From Verrucomicrobiota bacterium (GTDB lineage: Bacteria > Verrucomicrobiota > Kiritimatiellia > RFP12 > UBA1067), in contig JAEEZC010000003.1 of assembly GCA_016288465.1 (NCBI GenBank), forward strand, positions 1 through 45,767: 45,767 nucleotides of DNA, in the 5' to 3' direction. A model generated the notes under the pieces. The model saw only the letters and a list, made by a program, of their open reading frames with translations, made no database searches and had not been told where the DNA came from. The translations under genes were made by a program, and so were the position numbers. Shown here one piece after another: positions 44,409-45,767 of this stretch (the stretch's first letter is position 1; each line of letters opens with the position of its first letter).

Positions 44409-44530
44409 GCATAAATGGAAAGCAGTCGAACATCACGGACGAAGATCTCCTTGAAGTGGCGGCGCGATATTCAATAGGTTCGGCGGAGTCGATGCTGGCT
44501 GAAATCAAAAGCGTGTTCGCTTCCGGCTGA
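44405..44530 (+). CDS. Tiny acidic ORF (41 aa), hypothetical
   Basis: MSINGKQSNITDEDLLEVAARYSIGSAESMLAEIKSVFASG. Translationally coupled to the preceding ORF and ends 16 nt before the first repeat copy. Confidence 0.25.
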   Translation: MSINGKQSNITDEDLLEVAARYSIGSAESMLAEIKSVFASG

Positions 44531-44546
44531 ACTTTGGAAGAACGTC

Positions 44547-44604
44547 TGTCAGATTCGCCATTAGGCAGTTCCGGCTGAGAGAGCCCGGACAGGCCTGCGG
44601 GCGG
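44547..44604. repeat. Direct repeat copy 1 (TGTCAGATTC plus a 48-nt hairpin-containing unit)
   Basis: The 48-nt unit 44557..44604 (GCCATTAGGCAGTTCCGGCTGAGAGAGCCCGGACAGGCCTGCGGGCGG) is identical to 45509..45556. An imperfect hairpin pairs 44563..44574 with 44585..44596. Confidence 0.85.
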
Positions 44605-44694
44605 AAGTGCCGAGAGTGTCAGTGGCTGTGCCTGGCACAAAAACGCAGATTGCGAGATTATTTGCCGGCGCTATTGTCTGTTGGGCTTTGGCCG

Positions 44695-44724
44695 TTGACT
44701 TTTGGCGATGTTATTTGGTACAAT
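44695..44724 (+). promoter_or_regulatory. Promoter of the vapBC-type operon: TTGACT-18 nt-TACAAT with TGG extended -10
   Basis: TTGACT at 44695..44700 and TGGTACAAT with the hexamer at 44719..44724. Lies 44 nt upstream of the GTG start. Confidence 0.6.
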
Positions 44725-44730
44725 CATCGG

Positions 44731-44755
44731 TGACATCATTTTGCTTTCAAAATGA
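44731..44755. promoter_or_regulatory. Candidate antitoxin operator: TGACATCATTT-N8-AAATGA (inverted repeat TCATTTT/AAAATGA)
   Basis: Lies immediately downstream of the -10 box, around the predicted transcription start. Its arms are reverse complements of each other. Confidence 0.45.
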
Positions 44756-44767
44756 AAGGGTGTTCCT

Positions 44768-45049
44768 GTGGCTACAGTTACAGTTCGAGAGTTGTCTGCA
44801 CGCACGCTTGATGCGCTTAAGATGCGCGCAAGCGCAAACCACCGCAGTCTCAATGGCGAGATACTGTGCATTTTCGACTACGCGGTCTCCGGCTCGTCTG
44901 AGTTTGACTTCATACGTGAGAACCGGGCAAGGAGCCAACGCGATGCTCTTAAGGCCGTGTTCGGCAGATGGGACGACGACAGAAGCGAAGATGAGATTGT
45001 CAGGGAGGTTGAGAATTCCCGGACGAAGGGCCGGGAGGTCATCCTTTGA
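44768..45049 (+). CDS. vapB: Ribbon-helix-helix antitoxin (FitA/VapB-type)
   Basis: N-terminus TVRELSARTLDALKMRASANHRSLNGEILCIFDY matches the Arc/FitA RHH pattern. GTG start. Its stop overlaps the toxin start (TTGA). Confidence 0.85.
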   Translation: MATVTVRELSARTLDALKMRASANHRSLNGEILCIFDYAVSGSSEFDFIRENRARSQRDALKAVFGRWDDDRSEDEIVREVENSRTKGREVIL

Positions 45050-45438
45050 TATTGCTTGATACGAATGTCCTCATTGCCATACTTCGCGGCAATAAGAAGG
45101 TCGCTGAGCGCTTCTCGCGTAATCTTGGGGATATGGCGATTCCCGCAATGGTTGTAGGCGAACTGCATTTCGGTGCCGCTAAATCCAGGAATCCGGCGAA
45201 AAACCGGAGATTGGTACAGGCACTTCTGGGGGCGCTTCCTGTCATGCACACTACTGACGCGATAATGGAACTGTTCGGCGAGCATAAGGCGGTTTTGGCA
45301 AGCCGAGGAGAATCAGTCGAGGACGCGGATGTCCTCATTGCCGCAACGGCCCTTGCCTATGACGCGACGCTTGTTACAGGCAACATCCGCCATTTCTCGC
45401 GATTTGAGGGGTTGCGGATTGAAGACTGGAACAGTTGA
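45046..45438 (+). CDS. vapC: PIN-domain ribonuclease toxin (VapC/FitB-type)
   Basis: MILLDTNVLIAIL... with conserved acidic residues (D5, E39 region, D-rich SVEDADVLIAATA). 130 aa. TTG start. Confidence 0.9.
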   Translation: MILLDTNVLIAILRGNKKVAERFSRNLGDMAIPAMVVGELHFGAAKSRNPAKNRRLVQALLGALPVMHTTDAIMELFGEHKAVLASRGESVEDADVLIAATALAYDATLVTGNIRHFSRFEGLRIEDWNS

Positions 45439-45473
45439 TTCCAATTGGTGAGCCGCTTAAGCTGTAGCCCGCT

Positions 45474-45556
45474 TGTCAGATTCTCCGACAGCCGTCGTAT
45501 ATTCGTGTGCCATTAGGCAGTTCCGGCTGAGAGAGCCCGGACAGGCCTGCGGGCGG
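45474..45556. repeat. Direct repeat copy 2 (TGTCAGATTC, 25-nt insertion, identical 48-nt unit)
   Basis: TGTCAGATTC lies at 45474..45483. The 48-nt unit 45509..45556 is identical to 44557..44604, 952 bp downstream of copy 1. Confidence 0.85.
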
Positions 45557-45767
45557 CAAGGTTTTCGCCAGAACGCCACGTGTTCAAAGCGAGTGCGTTT
45601 GGTATTAAGGCTGAGGGGTCTGTCCCCGTCATGGCCTTTTGACGCGTTATTGCTGACTTTTTGCGAGATTCAGGCACTTATGCAATACGGGTGGCGCGGC
45701 AACGCGAAGGGGATGGCTGTCACTTGAGCATTTGCCGCAAGTCCCTTCAGGCAGAGTTTCCTGTCGC

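Noticed and set aside
44317-44640. 107-aa minus-strand ORF, the 150-aa + ORF 44607..45059, and 45473..45727 +.
   Set aside because: They read through the 48-nt repeat copies or overlap vapB out of frame. No motifs are present. The small + strand ORF pair and vapBC explain the region better.
44633-44652. Sigma54 promoter (TGGCAC...) after the first repeat copy.
   Set aside because: The GC of the would-be -12 element is one position off from the strict TGGCAC-N5-TTGC spacing, and the TTGC is not present (the sequence reads cgca).
44557-45556. Strict integron attC-site interpretation of the 48-nt repeats.
   Set aside because: No intI gene is visible. The units are shorter than typical attC sites, and the R''(RYYYAAC)...R'(GTTRRRY) core pair is not present in the correct order; only ATTAGGC...GCCTGC is seen. 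It is kept as a looser cassette-like observation in the findings.

Overview
High-GC bacterial chromosomal window. All confident genes except one lie on the + strand, and many are linked by 4-nt start/stop overlaps. Gene content suggests a PVC-superphylum organism (Lentisphaerota, Kiritimatiellota or Verrucomicrobiota-like): a GspG-like pseudopilin, PATR/LamG-type secreted glycosidases, a LacI-PBP/AraC hybrid regulator and a PpiD-like chaperone. This placement is inference only.

Positions 0.8-36.4 kb are mostly housekeeping and sugar metabolism: M48 peptidase, valS, ruvA, two esterase-type hydrolases, pyrF, murG, a beta-CASP RNase, luxS, pfk, manA, a galM-transporter-galK cluster, dut, def, uvrD/pcrA, deoA and argH.

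Positions 36.4-45.8 kb look accessory and hold the unexplained structure:
- An 828-aa glycine-rich secreted protein built from three about 270-aa repeats. The first and third repeats are near-identical at DNA level.
- A 773-bp lower-GC intergenic region with three families of phased repeat boxes. These include eight in-phase 22-bp units containing four AAATGACGYCATTT palindromes.
- Two paralogous clan GH-A glycosidases.
- A pair of tiny overlapping ORFs.
- A FitAB/VapBC-type toxin-antitoxin module flanked by 48-nt direct hairpin repeats.

Two links stand out. First, an identical 22-nt motif sits exactly 20 nt upstream of a TATAATACC -10 box in front of both large secreted-protein genes, next to the hybrid regulator gene. 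Second, the vapB leader carries TGACATCATTT-N8-AAATGA, the same pattern that tiles the palindrome array 5 kb upstream.

No rRNA, tRNA, CRISPR array, transposase or integrase was recognised. The many long antisense ORFs in the track are treated as high-GC shadows.
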